Source: Myxococcota bacterium
GTDB lineage: Bacteria; Myxococcota_A; UBA9160; UBA6930
Direction of reading: 5' to 3'
DNA: 64,000 nucleotides
NCBI GenBank assembly: GCA_965223705.1
Contig: OZ245015.1
Coordinates: forward strand, 1,472,001 to 1,536,000
Of the stretch, positions 44,881-54,332 are shown piece after piece. The notes below the pieces were generated by a model. The model saw only the letters and a list, made by a program, of their open reading frames with translations, made no database searches and had not been told where the DNA came from. Every line of letters begins with the position of its first letter. Position 1 is the first letter of the stretch. Position numbers and translations under genes: made by a program.

Positions 44881-46215
44881 TTGTCGGGTCGCTCCCACAA
44901 CCGCCGTCGAAGAACCGTTTCCGCCCGAGACCGCTGGTTTGCGGGAGCGGCGGTGCTCGCGTTGTTCTTCTGCGCGAACGCGCTGGCGCGCGATGCGAGC
45001 TTCGGAACCTGGGATGGGGAGGAGCTCGAGCCCCACGACGTCCATCGAGCGATCAATCAAGCCGAGTGGGCGGCGATGCTGCTCGAAGCGCTCGGCTTGG
45101 CCGACGCTCTGCCCGAGGACCACGATGCGGAGGACCTTTTCTCGCTTCTCTGCGCAAAGCGGGCGCCGCGGAGGGCCCGGGCCGACGCGGGAATCCCCGC
45201 GTCGGGGGCACCGGACGTTTCGATTTTTGAACCGCGATCCGCCCCGAACCAGGGTCTCCGCTGGGTTGCGAAGGTCCCGACGACGGCGCTCTACGCGCTC
45301 TCGGTGACGGGCAGGGGCGCCGCGAACTGGAGCATCGATCGGCGACCGGTCGGGAGAATGGACCCGACCGCACTCGGTCGGGATGTATCGCGTCGATTGA
45401 TGGCGCTGCCTCGCGGTTTTCACGAAGTGGAAGCGAGCGCCTTCCGCGGGCAGGTCGAGACGCTTTCGCTCGTGCCGTACCGAAACCTCTGCATCGCACC
45501 GGCGGGTGGCTGGCGCGCATCTGCACCGCTTACGTACGGAGCGAAGGCGCGATCGCTCGTGCGAGCGTTCGGGATCGAAGACCAACTGCCGCACGCCGAC
45601 GAACCGGTGTTGATCGAAGGCGAGGCGTTTTCCGACGCATCGACGGGTGCGGTGGTCAGCGACCGCAACCTCGGCGCCATCGCCTCGGCCGACCGCTGGG
45701 GAAGCGCCGGCACCGGCACCGCGACGTTCGCCTACCGGCTGGTGCTCGAGGAACCGGCCTTAGTCAGCATCGCCGCCCGGGTTCACGGGGCCGAGCGTCA
45801 ACTCTGGAGTCTCGACGACCACTTCGTCGCCTCGGTAGCACCCCCGCCCGAGGCGCTCTCGTTCGGTTGGATGAAGATCTTCACGCTGCCGCTCCCCTCC
45901 GGTGAGCACCGGCTGCGCGCACAACTTCCGCGAGGCGCGGGGATCGACGTGATCCGGGTTCTGCCGAGGCGCGCATCGGATCGGGATTATCTGAACCTTC
46001 TGGAGAGCATGGGCTTCTCCGAAGGCGCACCGGGAGAAACCGTCTCACTACGAGGCGCGGAGAGCAATCTTTCGCATCCCGCGTTTCGGCCGCTGACGAA
46101 CGATCTCCTGGTTCGGTCTTTCTCCGGAACCGCGCGGGCGATTCGCGTGTTGCAGGAAGACAGCCGCCGCCACTTCGAACGCCCCCTGTCTCCTGTCGTG
46201 CCGTCGGAACTCTGA
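44881..46215 (+). CDS. Secreted hypothetical protein with internal duplication; first gene of polysaccharide locus
   Basis: Signal peptide ending ANALA; two similar modules (WSIDR..LPRGFHEV / WSLDD..LPSGEHRL); TGATG coupling to the next gene. Confidence 0.7.
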   Translation: MSGRSHNRRRRTVSARDRWFAGAAVLALFFCANALARDASFGTWDGEELEPHDVHRAINQAEWAAMLLEALGLADALPEDHDAEDLFSLLCAKRAPRRARADAGIPASGAPDVSIFEPRSAPNQGLRWVAKVPTTALYALSVTGRGAANWSIDRRPVGRMDPTALGRDVSRRLMALPRGFHEVEASAFRGQVETLSLVPYRNLCIAPAGGWRASAPLTYGAKARSLVRAFGIEDQLPHADEPVLIEGEAFSDASTGAVVSDRNLGAIASADRWGSAGTGTATFAYRLVLEEPALVSIAARVHGAERQLWSLDDHFVASVAPPPEALSFGWMKIFTLPLPSGEHRLRAQLPRGAGIDVIRVLPRRASDRDYLNLLESMGFSEGAPGETVSLRGAESNLSHPAFRPLTNDLLVRSFSGTARAIRVLQEDSRRHFERPLSPVVPSEL

Positions 46216-47387
46216 TGCGCGCTTCCACCGTTGCGATCGGTGCGGTTTTTCTCGCCTTCCCCGTAGCCGCGTACGGTGAAGGGGACCCGGAAAAGTTTCG
46301 CGTCGGCGCCAGGGTCCGGACCACGGCGGTCTACGACGACAACTTCGAGAACAACGATCAGAAACTCGATGACCTGGGCTACTGGATCGAGCCTCTCATC
46401 GAAGCCGAGTACCGGCGCCGCTCCATCCGTCTCCGCACGGAGCTCGGCGGCGACGTGCGTATCCACCCGCAGCACAGCGACGACAACGACGGGTTCGTCC
46501 ACGCGGTGGGGGAACTCGATTGGAGACTCGGGCGCGGACTGACCTTCAAGTTGTCCGATGCCTTCGTCCCGAGCCCTCTGGAACTCGGTCAGCCGTCGGA
46601 CGATGTCGGAAACCTCGGTCAAACGAACCGCGCGGAAGCGGAGCTCCGCTACGAGCGCGAGCTGGGGCAACGGCGCAGCGTCTTGTTCGGCGTCCGCGCT
46701 TCGCGCTTCGACACCGAAGGATTCGAAGCGACGCTCGATACCGACGGGGACGGCGCGGCCGAACTCGATCGCGATTTTCGCGCGGACTACTGGCAGGCAG
46801 ATACGTACTTGGAACTGCAGCAGCGATTGGGTCGCAAGCACCGGCTGTACGTGCGGGGCGAGTTGCGGGAAAGGCGATTCGACGACTTCGAGGACGCGGA
46901 CTTCGACGAAGTGTTCGGACTGGTCGGCATGAAAGGTCGGTTGGGAAAGCGCATCCGTTGGGGCGCCGCGTTGGGCTACGGGACTCTCAACTACGATCAG
47001 GGCGATCGCGACGGTCGCATGTTGGGCAACGCCAACCTCGAGTACGCGTTTGGCGCCGGCTACACGCTCGACGCGTCCGTCAGCCGTCGGCTGACCAGCG
47101 ACGCGGCGTTCTCCGATCACCGCGAAACGACCTACCGGGCATCGCTCGAGAAGCGGCTCGGCGCTCGCACTCGGGTCGAGCTCGGCAGCTTCTTGACGAG
47201 CTTTCGTAACAGCGTCACCGGAGGCGGAGACAACCGCGTCTTTGGTGTCGATCTCGAGATACGGCGTCAACTCTGGCGCCGTTTCGAAGGCGCCCTCATC
47301 GGACAGCATTTCAAGAACGCCGGCGATCAAGGCGCCGACGACTTCAGGAAGAACCGTGTTTTTGTCGAACTCACTTATCGCTACTAG
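46215..47387 (+). CDS. Outer-membrane beta-barrel of polysaccharide export (EpsX/WzpB-like)
   Basis: Signal peptide, YDDN near N-terminus, alternating beta strands, C-terminal VFVELTYRY; adjacent to an OPX gene. Confidence 0.8.
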   Translation: MRASTVAIGAVFLAFPVAAYGEGDPEKFRVGARVRTTAVYDDNFENNDQKLDDLGYWIEPLIEAEYRRRSIRLRTELGGDVRIHPQHSDDNDGFVHAVGELDWRLGRGLTFKLSDAFVPSPLELGQPSDDVGNLGQTNRAEAELRYERELGQRRSVLFGVRASRFDTEGFEATLDTDGDGAAELDRDFRADYWQADTYLELQQRLGRKHRLYVRGELRERRFDDFEDADFDEVFGLVGMKGRLGKRIRWGAALGYGTLNYDQGDRDGRMLGNANLEYAFGAGYTLDASVSRRLTSDAAFSDHRETTYRASLEKRLGARTRVELGSFLTSFRNSVTGGGDNRVFGVDLEIRRQLWRRFEGALIGQHFKNAGDQGADDFRKNRVFVELTYRY

Positions 47388-48237
47388 CCGCGTTGCGATC
47401 GGCTGCCTCTTGCTCTTCGCGGCAGGGATCGCGGGGGCGACGGACTACCGAATCCGCCCGGGCGATCTACTGGAGATCACCGTCTGGCGAGAGCCCGACC
47501 TGTCGGGCACCCACCGCGTCGGCGCCGACGGCGCTCTGCAGCACGTATTGGTCGGCGCGGTCCCCGTGGAAGGTGCCAGCCTGAGCGAGGCCGGCGCCTT
47601 GATCTCCGAGCGACTGGAGCGCGAATTCCTCCGCGAGGCGCGCGTGGCGATCACGCTCGTCGAATCGACGCATCGGCAGGCATCGGTCCTCGGCGACGTG
47701 CCGGCCCCCGGTCGTTACCCCGTCGACGAAGCGACGCACGTCCTCGATCTGTTGCTCGCCGCCTCGGTTGTTCACGGTGCGGGCGGAACGCTGCTTCGCT
47801 TCGAAGCGGCCCCGGACTCGGGAGCGGTCACGGAACCGACGGAGCGATTGCCCGTCGACGTCGCGGCCCTGCTCCAAGGGCGCTCTTTCGAAGACAACCA
47901 TCGCGTCTTCCCCGGCGACGTTCTCGTCGTGAGCGCCGCACCGGGCGAGGTCAGCGCCGGCCCGCAGCGTCGAGAGCCGGTTCGCGTCGTCGGAGCGGTG
48001 GAGTCGCCCGGGGGATTCGAGCTCGAGCAGGCCAGCACCCTCCTCGACGCCGTGCTCGCGGCGGGCGGACTCGCCGAGTATGCGTCGGGAAACCGGGCAC
48101 GTCTGGTGCGGGGCACGGGTGAGTCGCGCACCGAAACGCGCGTGCGCTTGCGCGATCTTCTGAAAGGGCGAGGCGCCCAAGAGAACCTCGCGCTCGAACC
48201 CGGAGACCTGTTGGTTGTTCCGGAGAGCTTCTTCTAG
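47362..48237 (+). CDS. Polysaccharide export OPX/Wza-family protein (Poly_export + 2 SLBB); start approximate
   Basis: YRIRPGDLLEITVW..DLS...V..DG, VLGDV..PG.Y, VVGAVESPG, LEPGDLLVVPESFF. Confidence 0.88.
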   Translation: MSNSLIATSRVAIGCLLLFAAGIAGATDYRIRPGDLLEITVWREPDLSGTHRVGADGALQHVLVGAVPVEGASLSEAGALISERLEREFLREARVAITLVESTHRQASVLGDVPAPGRYPVDEATHVLDLLLAASVVHGAGGTLLRFEAAPDSGAVTEPTERLPVDVAALLQGRSFEDNHRVFPGDVLVVSAAPGEVSAGPQRREPVRVVGAVESPGGFELEQASTLLDAVLAAGGLAEYASGNRARLVRGTGESRTETRVRLRDLLKGRGAQENLALEPGDLLVVPESFF

Positions 48238-48239
48238 CC

Positions 48240-50072
48240 ATGCTCGGACGCGAAGAGGGGAACGCCGAAGACGCGCGGTTGTCGGATTACGTCGCTTTTT
48301 TGCGGCGCCGGTTCCGCACCGCACTCGGCGTCTGCGCCGGCTTCATGGCGGTCGCGTTTTTCTGGAACGGCAGCCTGCCCGAGGTCTACGAGTCGAGTGC
48401 GCGCGTCGTGATTGGCTCCGCAACCCGCGGGTTCTTTAGCGACACCACCAATCCGATCGAGAGCTACTTGTTCGAGCGTCGCTCTTTCGAAACGCAGCTC
48501 GAGGTCATCGCGAGCGAACCCGTCGCGACCCTCGCGGCGATCGACCTCGGTTGGGTCGCGGAGGATGCGCCCCTCGAGGCGCGGCAACACGCGGCCGGAC
48601 AAGTTCGCGGCGCTCTCTCCGTGCGTCATCTTCGCGACACCCGAATCGCGGTCATCGCGGCGCGCGATTCGAACCCGGCCCGGGCCCGGAACGTGGCAAA
48701 CGCTGTTGCGCGCGCCTACATCGCTTTTTCTCAGCAGGAAGGGCAGGAGGCCCGTTTGCGTTCTGCCGCTTGGTTGACCGAGGAGCTCGACGAGATTCGC
48801 GGTCGATTGCGCACGCGTTCCGAGGAGCTCGTCGCCGCACCGCCAGCGGTGAGCGCCGCACCCGGGCAGGCGGCTCGCGGCCAATCGGAACGGCTCACGA
48901 CGGCGTTGGGCGCGGCGGAGCTCGACTTGGTCGAGTTGCTGCAGCGCTATCGCGAGGGACACCCGCGCGTCGTCGAAGCGCGAGCGCGCGTCGCGCGTCT
49001 GCGCGGAAAGGCCGCGCCGCGCGTGGCGGAAGCGGACCAGGACGCGGCGACGCGCGCGAGACTGCTACAGCGGGACATCGAGCTCGATCATGAGATGTAC
49101 GACGTTCTCCTCAAGAAGCTGAAAGAGATCGACGTATCGGGCTCGATCGGCGAGGCGAATCTCCGAATTCTCGAATCCGCGCGCATGAGCTCCGCACCCA
49201 TCGCGCCGCGGACGACGCGCAACTTGGCCGTCGCTCTTCTGCTCTCGCTTTGCGCCGCGGTCGCCACGGCGTTCTGCATCGACAATCTCGACCGAAGCGT
49301 CGGAACGCCCGAAGAAATCAGACGCTTCTTGGGACTTCCCACCTTGGGCGTCGTCACCCGGCTCGCGCAGCACTCGGGCAGGGCGGGCGCGACCGGCACG
49401 AGCCCCGGCGGCGAGATGTTCCGGACCCTGCGGACGAACTTGCGTTTCAGCCACGTCGATGCCCCGCGTCGGGTCGTTCTCGTGACGAGCGCGGGGCCCG
49501 CGGAGGGCAAGTCGACGGTCATTGCGAACCTCGGTCGGTCGTTGGCAGCGAGCGGGCGCCGCACCTTGTTGATCGATACGGACCTTCGCAAGCCGTCATT
49601 GCATCGCGCCTTCGAGGTCGGACGCACCCCCGGCTTGGTCGATGTCCTGGCGGGCGACGCGTCGGTTACGGACGCCCTTCGCACCACGGAAACGGACGGC
49701 TTGGCACTCTTGACCTGCGGTCCGCGTCCTGCGAACCCGGCCGAACTCATCGAGTCTCGGAAGCTCCAAGAGCTCGTCGCGCAGCTGCGGGAGTCCTTTG
49801 ACTACGTGCTCCTCGACTCGCCGCCTTCGGGCGGACTCATCGATGCGAGCTTGCTGTCGGTACTGGCCGACGGAGTCATCTTCGTCGTCGAACCCCGACG
49901 TTTTGATTCGCGCATCTTGCGCGGCGCCCTGCGTCAGCTCGAGCGGGGCGGAGCGCGCATCTACGGAGCGGTCCTCAACAAGGCGGAGCGCGACGACAAC
50001 GCGTCGGTCTACGGCTACTACGAGTACGGAGAGCCGGCTGAAGTCGTCGCCGCGCCGGTCTCGACGCCGTGA
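48240..50072 (+). CDS. Wzc-like polysaccharide co-polymerase / BY-kinase
   Basis: Two TMs flanking a coiled region; Walker A GPAEGKS, IDTDLRKP, LLDSPP; Tyr cluster VYGYYEY. Confidence 0.92.
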   Translation: MLGREEGNAEDARLSDYVAFLRRRFRTALGVCAGFMAVAFFWNGSLPEVYESSARVVIGSATRGFFSDTTNPIESYLFERRSFETQLEVIASEPVATLAAIDLGWVAEDAPLEARQHAAGQVRGALSVRHLRDTRIAVIAARDSNPARARNVANAVARAYIAFSQQEGQEARLRSAAWLTEELDEIRGRLRTRSEELVAAPPAVSAAPGQAARGQSERLTTALGAAELDLVELLQRYREGHPRVVEARARVARLRGKAAPRVAEADQDAATRARLLQRDIELDHEMYDVLLKKLKEIDVSGSIGEANLRILESARMSSAPIAPRTTRNLAVALLLSLCAAVATAFCIDNLDRSVGTPEEIRRFLGLPTLGVVTRLAQHSGRAGATGTSPGGEMFRTLRTNLRFSHVDAPRRVVLVTSAGPAEGKSTVIANLGRSLAASGRRTLLIDTDLRKPSLHRAFEVGRTPGLVDVLAGDASVTDALRTTETDGLALLTCGPRPANPAELIESRKLQELVAQLRESFDYVLLDSPPSGGLIDASLLSVLADGVIFVVEPRRFDSRILRGALRQLERGGARIYGAVLNKAERDDNASVYGYYEYGEPAEVVAAPVSTP

Positions 50073-51868
50073 GACACCTCGCGCTGCCGCTCGCTCTGTT
50101 GGCTTTGGTCGCGACGGCCTTGGTGGGCTATGGCGGTACCACGCCCTGGGCCGCGGCTCTGGCACACCTCCTGATTGCACTGACGGTTCTCGTCTTCGCG
50201 GTTGCTACACGCCGAACCGGCTCGATCAGCGCCTACGTGCTGGTGGGGTCATGGATCGGGCTCGGGGCGATGTCGCTCTCCATCGGAGACTCGGTCGACC
50301 CCGGTCTCGATGCCTTGGGCGCCTTGGTGGCTTCTGCGAGCGTGTTCTTGCTCGCCGAACGCGTCCGCGGTCGCCGCGCGGAGCGCTGGCTTGCGACTGG
50401 AATCGCGAGCCTCGCCGCCGTCGTCTCGGTGTGGGCGATCGTGCGGGTGCCGGCGGACGGCGATGCCCTCGGGCCTTTCGGAAACGCGAACCACCTGGCG
50501 TCCTGGATGCTGCTGCCGGGAGCCCTCGCGCTCGCCGCGTTTCTCGACTCCGACATCCGGAGGCGGGGCCGCCGAGAGTCGGGTTTCCTTTGGTTTCTCT
50601 TGTGCGGCGCAGCCGCTGCCGCCGTCGCGGTGACCGGTTCTCTCGGCGGGGCGATCGCGGGGGCGGTGGCCGCGCTGGTTGCGGTGGGAGGTCACCGGTT
50701 CGTCCGGAACGCGGAGATCCGAAAGGCCGCCGGACAACTCCCCGTGGCGAGGCTTCCGCGGATCGCCTCGCTTTCGCTCCTCGCAGCCTACGTGGCGCTC
50801 GCCGGAGCTCTGACCGTCGGTTCGTCACTCTTCCCCGACGGCATCTCCGTAAAATCGGTGGGAAGCGAGTCGTCCGTGGGGATGCGTTGGGCGGTTTACG
50901 GAGCGGCTTCGCGAGCCGGTCTCGAGCACGCGCCGCTCGGCTCCGGCCTGGGAAGCTTCGCGGAAGCCTTCGCCGCCGAACGGCCGCGAGGACTCCCCTA
51001 CGGCGTTCGGTTCGCGCACAACGAGCCGCTTCACGGATGGGTGGAGCTCGGAGTGCCCTTCCTGCTTCTCGCGCTCGTGTCTCTCACCATCATGGCGAGG
51101 CGTCTTCCCGCGGCGCTCGCGCTCGCTCCCTCGCGCTTTCGCATCGGAGCGATGGCGGGGCTCGCCGGCCTCGCGGTGCACAGTTTGTTCGACTTCCCGC
51201 TCCACGTGCCGGCAATCGCTTGCGTGGCGGCGATCGGCTTGGGTTTTGCCTGGCGTCTCCCCCGAGAAGGAACCGGCCTGCGGCCGCAGTGGTCGAGTGC
51301 TGCGCTGGCGAGTCTGGGCGTGCTCGGGATCGGTTTGTCCGGCACCCAGCTCGTCGCGAGCGCAAACGAGGAGCTGGCCGTTCGGGCGGAAGCGGCCGGC
51401 GACTTTCAGGCCGCGCTCTCCCACGTCGAACGCGGCCTGCGCGCGCGCCCCTGGCGGCCCTCGCTGCGGCAACTGCGCGCCGACAACCTGGAATACGCGG
51501 CCGTCTTCGATGGCGCAAAACTCGGAGACTCGTCCGTTGCCGACGCGCGCGCAGACGCCATCGCGGTAGCGCCGAGGCGCGCGAATTTCCGCCTGCAGTT
51601 CGCTCGGGCTCTCGCGGAGGCAGGTGACGCGGACCGCGCGCGCGAAGAAATCGCGGCGGCGAAGCGCCTCGACCCCGCATCTCCGGCGCCACTGCTCGCC
51701 GCCGCGAATCTCGCTTTTCGCAGCGGAGACCTGTCCCAGGCGGAAGAGCAGATCCGGGCGGCGATCGCCCTCCACCCGGGCTTGGCTTCGGAACTCGCAC
51801 GTCACGCTCCGGTATTGTGGGGACGCGTGCACGCGGTGTCCCTGGCCGAACCGGGGACGAAGAAATGA
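50069..51868 (+). CDS. O-antigen ligase/Wzy_C family protein with C-terminal TPR repeats
   Basis: GPFGNANH, GSGLGSF, AHNEPL...ELG, HSLFDFPLH; TPR-like tail. Confidence 0.85.
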   Translation: MRHLALPLALLALVATALVGYGGTTPWAAALAHLLIALTVLVFAVATRRTGSISAYVLVGSWIGLGAMSLSIGDSVDPGLDALGALVASASVFLLAERVRGRRAERWLATGIASLAAVVSVWAIVRVPADGDALGPFGNANHLASWMLLPGALALAAFLDSDIRRRGRRESGFLWFLLCGAAAAAVAVTGSLGGAIAGAVAALVAVGGHRFVRNAEIRKAAGQLPVARLPRIASLSLLAAYVALAGALTVGSSLFPDGISVKSVGSESSVGMRWAVYGAASRAGLEHAPLGSGLGSFAEAFAAERPRGLPYGVRFAHNEPLHGWVELGVPFLLLALVSLTIMARRLPAALALAPSRFRIGAMAGLAGLAVHSLFDFPLHVPAIACVAAIGLGFAWRLPREGTGLRPQWSSAALASLGVLGIGLSGTQLVASANEELAVRAEAAGDFQAALSHVERGLRARPWRPSLRQLRADNLEYAAVFDGAKLGDSSVADARADAIAVAPRRANFRLQFARALAEAGDADRAREEIAAAKRLDPASPAPLLAAANLAFRSGDLSQAEEQIRAAIALHPGLASELARHAPVLWGRVHAVSLAEPGTKK

Positions 51869-53145
51869 TCCGGCCGAACGCGAACACGCAGTGGGTCCTG
51901 GGGGCGGCGTGCGGCGCAGCACTCGCAGGCGTGTTGGCCCTCGCCCCGCTCGGGCTTTCGGTCGCCCTCGCGGCCTTCTCTCTGCTGTTCGTTCCCTCGC
52001 TACTCCTGCTCGCGCGCGAGCCCTTCGAGCGACGGGTTTTCTGCGCGGCCGTGGGCGCACGTGCCCTCTTGGCGGTCGTGATCTACTACAGCGGAGTTTC
52101 GGACTTCTTTGCCCTCGATCCGGTGCGGTACGAGCGTCTCGGCGCCGAGCTCGCTGCCTACTGGTCGGGCTCGCAGAGCGCGCCGCCGCAAATCTACGGT
52201 CGCGTCGGCTACTACGCGTGGAATGCCGCCATCTATTTCGTGTTTGGCCACGAGCCCCTCGCGCCGACACTCATCAACGCCGTGATCGGCGGATGGTGCG
52301 TGATCTTCGCGAGCCGTGTCGCCGGAGTGCTCTCGGGAGAACGGGCGGCTCGCTACACGGCGTTGGTCTGCGCGTTCTGGCCATCGCTCATGCTGTGGTC
52401 GAGTCTCAATCTCAAAGACGCGCAGGCGATCTTTCTGATTCTGGCGGCGATCCTGGCCGTCCAAAAGCTCTCCGCCCGGCCCTTGGCAGCCGGGGCCTCG
52501 GCCTTTGCAGCGATCGCACTACTCAGTCAGATCCGCGGCTACATGGCGCTGGTCTTGCTCCTCTCGATGTCGCTCGGCGTTCTGATACCGCGACTCGCGC
52601 GGGTGTCTCTCCTTGTGGTGCCCGCCGCGGTCGTCGCGCTCGCGTTGCTGCCGAGCTTGGAGCTCTTTCAGGAGCTGGCTCAGGAAGTCACGCTCGAGCA
52701 GCTTTCGAGAACGCGCGGGAAACTCGCGGCCGGCGCGTCGGCGTATTTCGCGGACGCCGATCTGTCGACTCCGCGCGCGGCGCTGTCGTTCTTGCCGATC
52801 GGACTCACGTACTTCTTTCTAGCCCCGATGCCGTGGCATTTGCTCAGCGGGCGTCAGTTGATGGTCCTCCCCGAAATGCTCGCGTGGTACGGACTGTTGA
52901 TTTGGATTGCGCGGGGCGCCATTTCGCTGCTGCGCACGCGATCCAGGGAGACGCTGCCGGTTCTCCTGTTCGTCGCCACGGCGTCGGTCTCTTACGCGAT
53001 GGTGGAGGGGAACCTCGGCACGGTGTACCGACATCGCGCGCAGGTCGTGGTTCCGTTGCTGGTCTTCGCGGCCCACGCGCTCGCCGAAGCAAAGGAAGAA
53101 CGTCGACGCCCGCTGCCCCTGGCGCCGGCGGTGAGTCCCGCATGA
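51865..53145 (+). CDS. Multi-pass membrane protein, putative GT-C glycosyltransferase or Wzy-type polymerase
   Basis: Roughly 10 TMs; D...Y after the early TMs, WPS...WSSLNLKD, NLGTVYRHR. Confidence 0.7.
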   Translation: MIRPNANTQWVLGAACGAALAGVLALAPLGLSVALAAFSLLFVPSLLLLAREPFERRVFCAAVGARALLAVVIYYSGVSDFFALDPVRYERLGAELAAYWSGSQSAPPQIYGRVGYYAWNAAIYFVFGHEPLAPTLINAVIGGWCVIFASRVAGVLSGERAARYTALVCAFWPSLMLWSSLNLKDAQAIFLILAAILAVQKLSARPLAAGASAFAAIALLSQIRGYMALVLLLSMSLGVLIPRLARVSLLVVPAAVVALALLPSLELFQELAQEVTLEQLSRTRGKLAAGASAYFADADLSTPRAALSFLPIGLTYFFLAPMPWHLLSGRQLMVLPEMLAWYGLLIWIARGAISLLRTRSRETLPVLLFVATASVSYAMVEGNLGTVYRHRAQVVVPLLVFAAHALAEAKEERRRPLPLAPAVSPA

Positions 53146-54332
53146 CGGTGGGTTGGCTCGTGGAGAACGCGGCTCCGTTTGTGTACGAGGAAGTCGCCGC
53201 CCTGAGGAAGCGGGGAATCTCGGTTTCCGTCGCGTCGGTGTTCCGGCCTTTCGGCGCACAAGATTGGACCGAAGCGTTCGACGGGCCGGTGTTCTATCCC
53301 GCACGCGGTCGGCGCGGTTGGCTCCTTCGTTCGATCCAAAACGCGGCGCGTCGACCCCTTGCTTTTGCGAGGGTGATGAACCGCGCACGGCTCGAGCGCG
53401 CGCCGTACCGGTTGGTCGCGCTCGCCGCCGAGTTGGCCGAGCGGGCGAAGGTCGAGGAATGGACCCATGTCCACGGAACGTTCGCGACGTTTCCGGCCTG
53501 GGTCGCTTGGGCGGTCGCCGAGATGCGGTCGATTCCCTTCAGCATGACGGGCCACGCGTACGATGTGCAGGAGCCGCGACCCTGGTTGCCGAGAGTGATC
53601 GACGACTGCGCGTTCGCTCGGGCGATTTCGACGGAAACCGCCGGCCGGATGAAGCGACTGGCCGCGAGCGGAAACGGCCGCTCGAAGATTCGGGTCGCAC
53701 ATTTAGGGGTCGACACCGAGCGTTTCGCGCCGAGTGGCGAGCGCCGCCGACGCGGTGCGCCGCGCATTCTTTGCGTCGCGAATCACGTCCCGGAAAAAGG
53801 GATCGAGCACCTTCTCGATGCCGCCCGCCAACTGGCCGAGGAGGGCACCGAAGTGCGCGTCGAGCTCGTCGGCGAGGGCCCGCTCACGGACTCGCTCCGC
53901 GCACGCGCCTCGCGTCTCGGGTTGACGCCGCGCTCTGTGGTCTTTCGCGGGCGTCGCGATCGAGAGCAGGTACGCCGAGCGCTCGCTCGCGCGACGATTT
54001 TTGCTTTGCCGTGCAGCGCGGGTGGGGGCGTCGATCACGACGGGTTGCCGGTGGCGATTCTGGAAGCGATGGCCTGCGGTCTCCCGCTGGTCACGACGCC
54101 GGTGGGCGGTATCCCCGACGCGATCGAAGACGGCGAGAACGGGCGTCTCGTCCCGCCGGACGACCCGGCCGCTCTCGCGCGCACGTTGTCGGAACTGCTG
54201 ACGGATCCCGCACAGCGGCGTCGGTTGGGAGCGAGCGCCCGCCGATCCGCGGAGGAGCGATTCTCCGCCAGCGCGGCGGCGCGGCGGCTCGATGTTCTTC
54301 TGTCGGGCACCGTGTCGGGAGCCCGCGCATGA
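53142..54332 (+). CDS. Glycosyltransferase family 4
   Basis: HAYD, EKGI, DGLPVAILEAMACG.P. Confidence 0.9.
   Translation: MTVGWLVENAAPFVYEEVAALRKRGISVSVASVFRPFGAQDWTEAFDGPVFYPARGRRGWLLRSIQNAARRPLAFARVMNRARLERAPYRLVALAAELAERAKVEEWTHVHGTFATFPAWVAWAVAEMRSIPFSMTGHAYDVQEPRPWLPRVIDDCAFARAISTETAGRMKRLAASGNGRSKIRVAHLGVDTERFAPSGERRRRGAPRILCVANHVPEKGIEHLLDAARQLAEEGTEVRVELVGEGPLTDSLRARASRLGLTPRSVVFRGRRDREQVRRALARATIFALPCSAGGGVDHDGLPVAILEAMACGLPLVTTPVGGIPDAIEDGENGRLVPPDDPAALARTLSELLTDPAQRRRLGASARRSAEERFSASAAARRLDVLLSGTVSGARA

Noticed and set aside
44465..45307. 280-aa ORF spanning the mgtE-EPS intergenic region
   Set aside because: Non-protein-like composition and overlap with the better-supported gene at 44881
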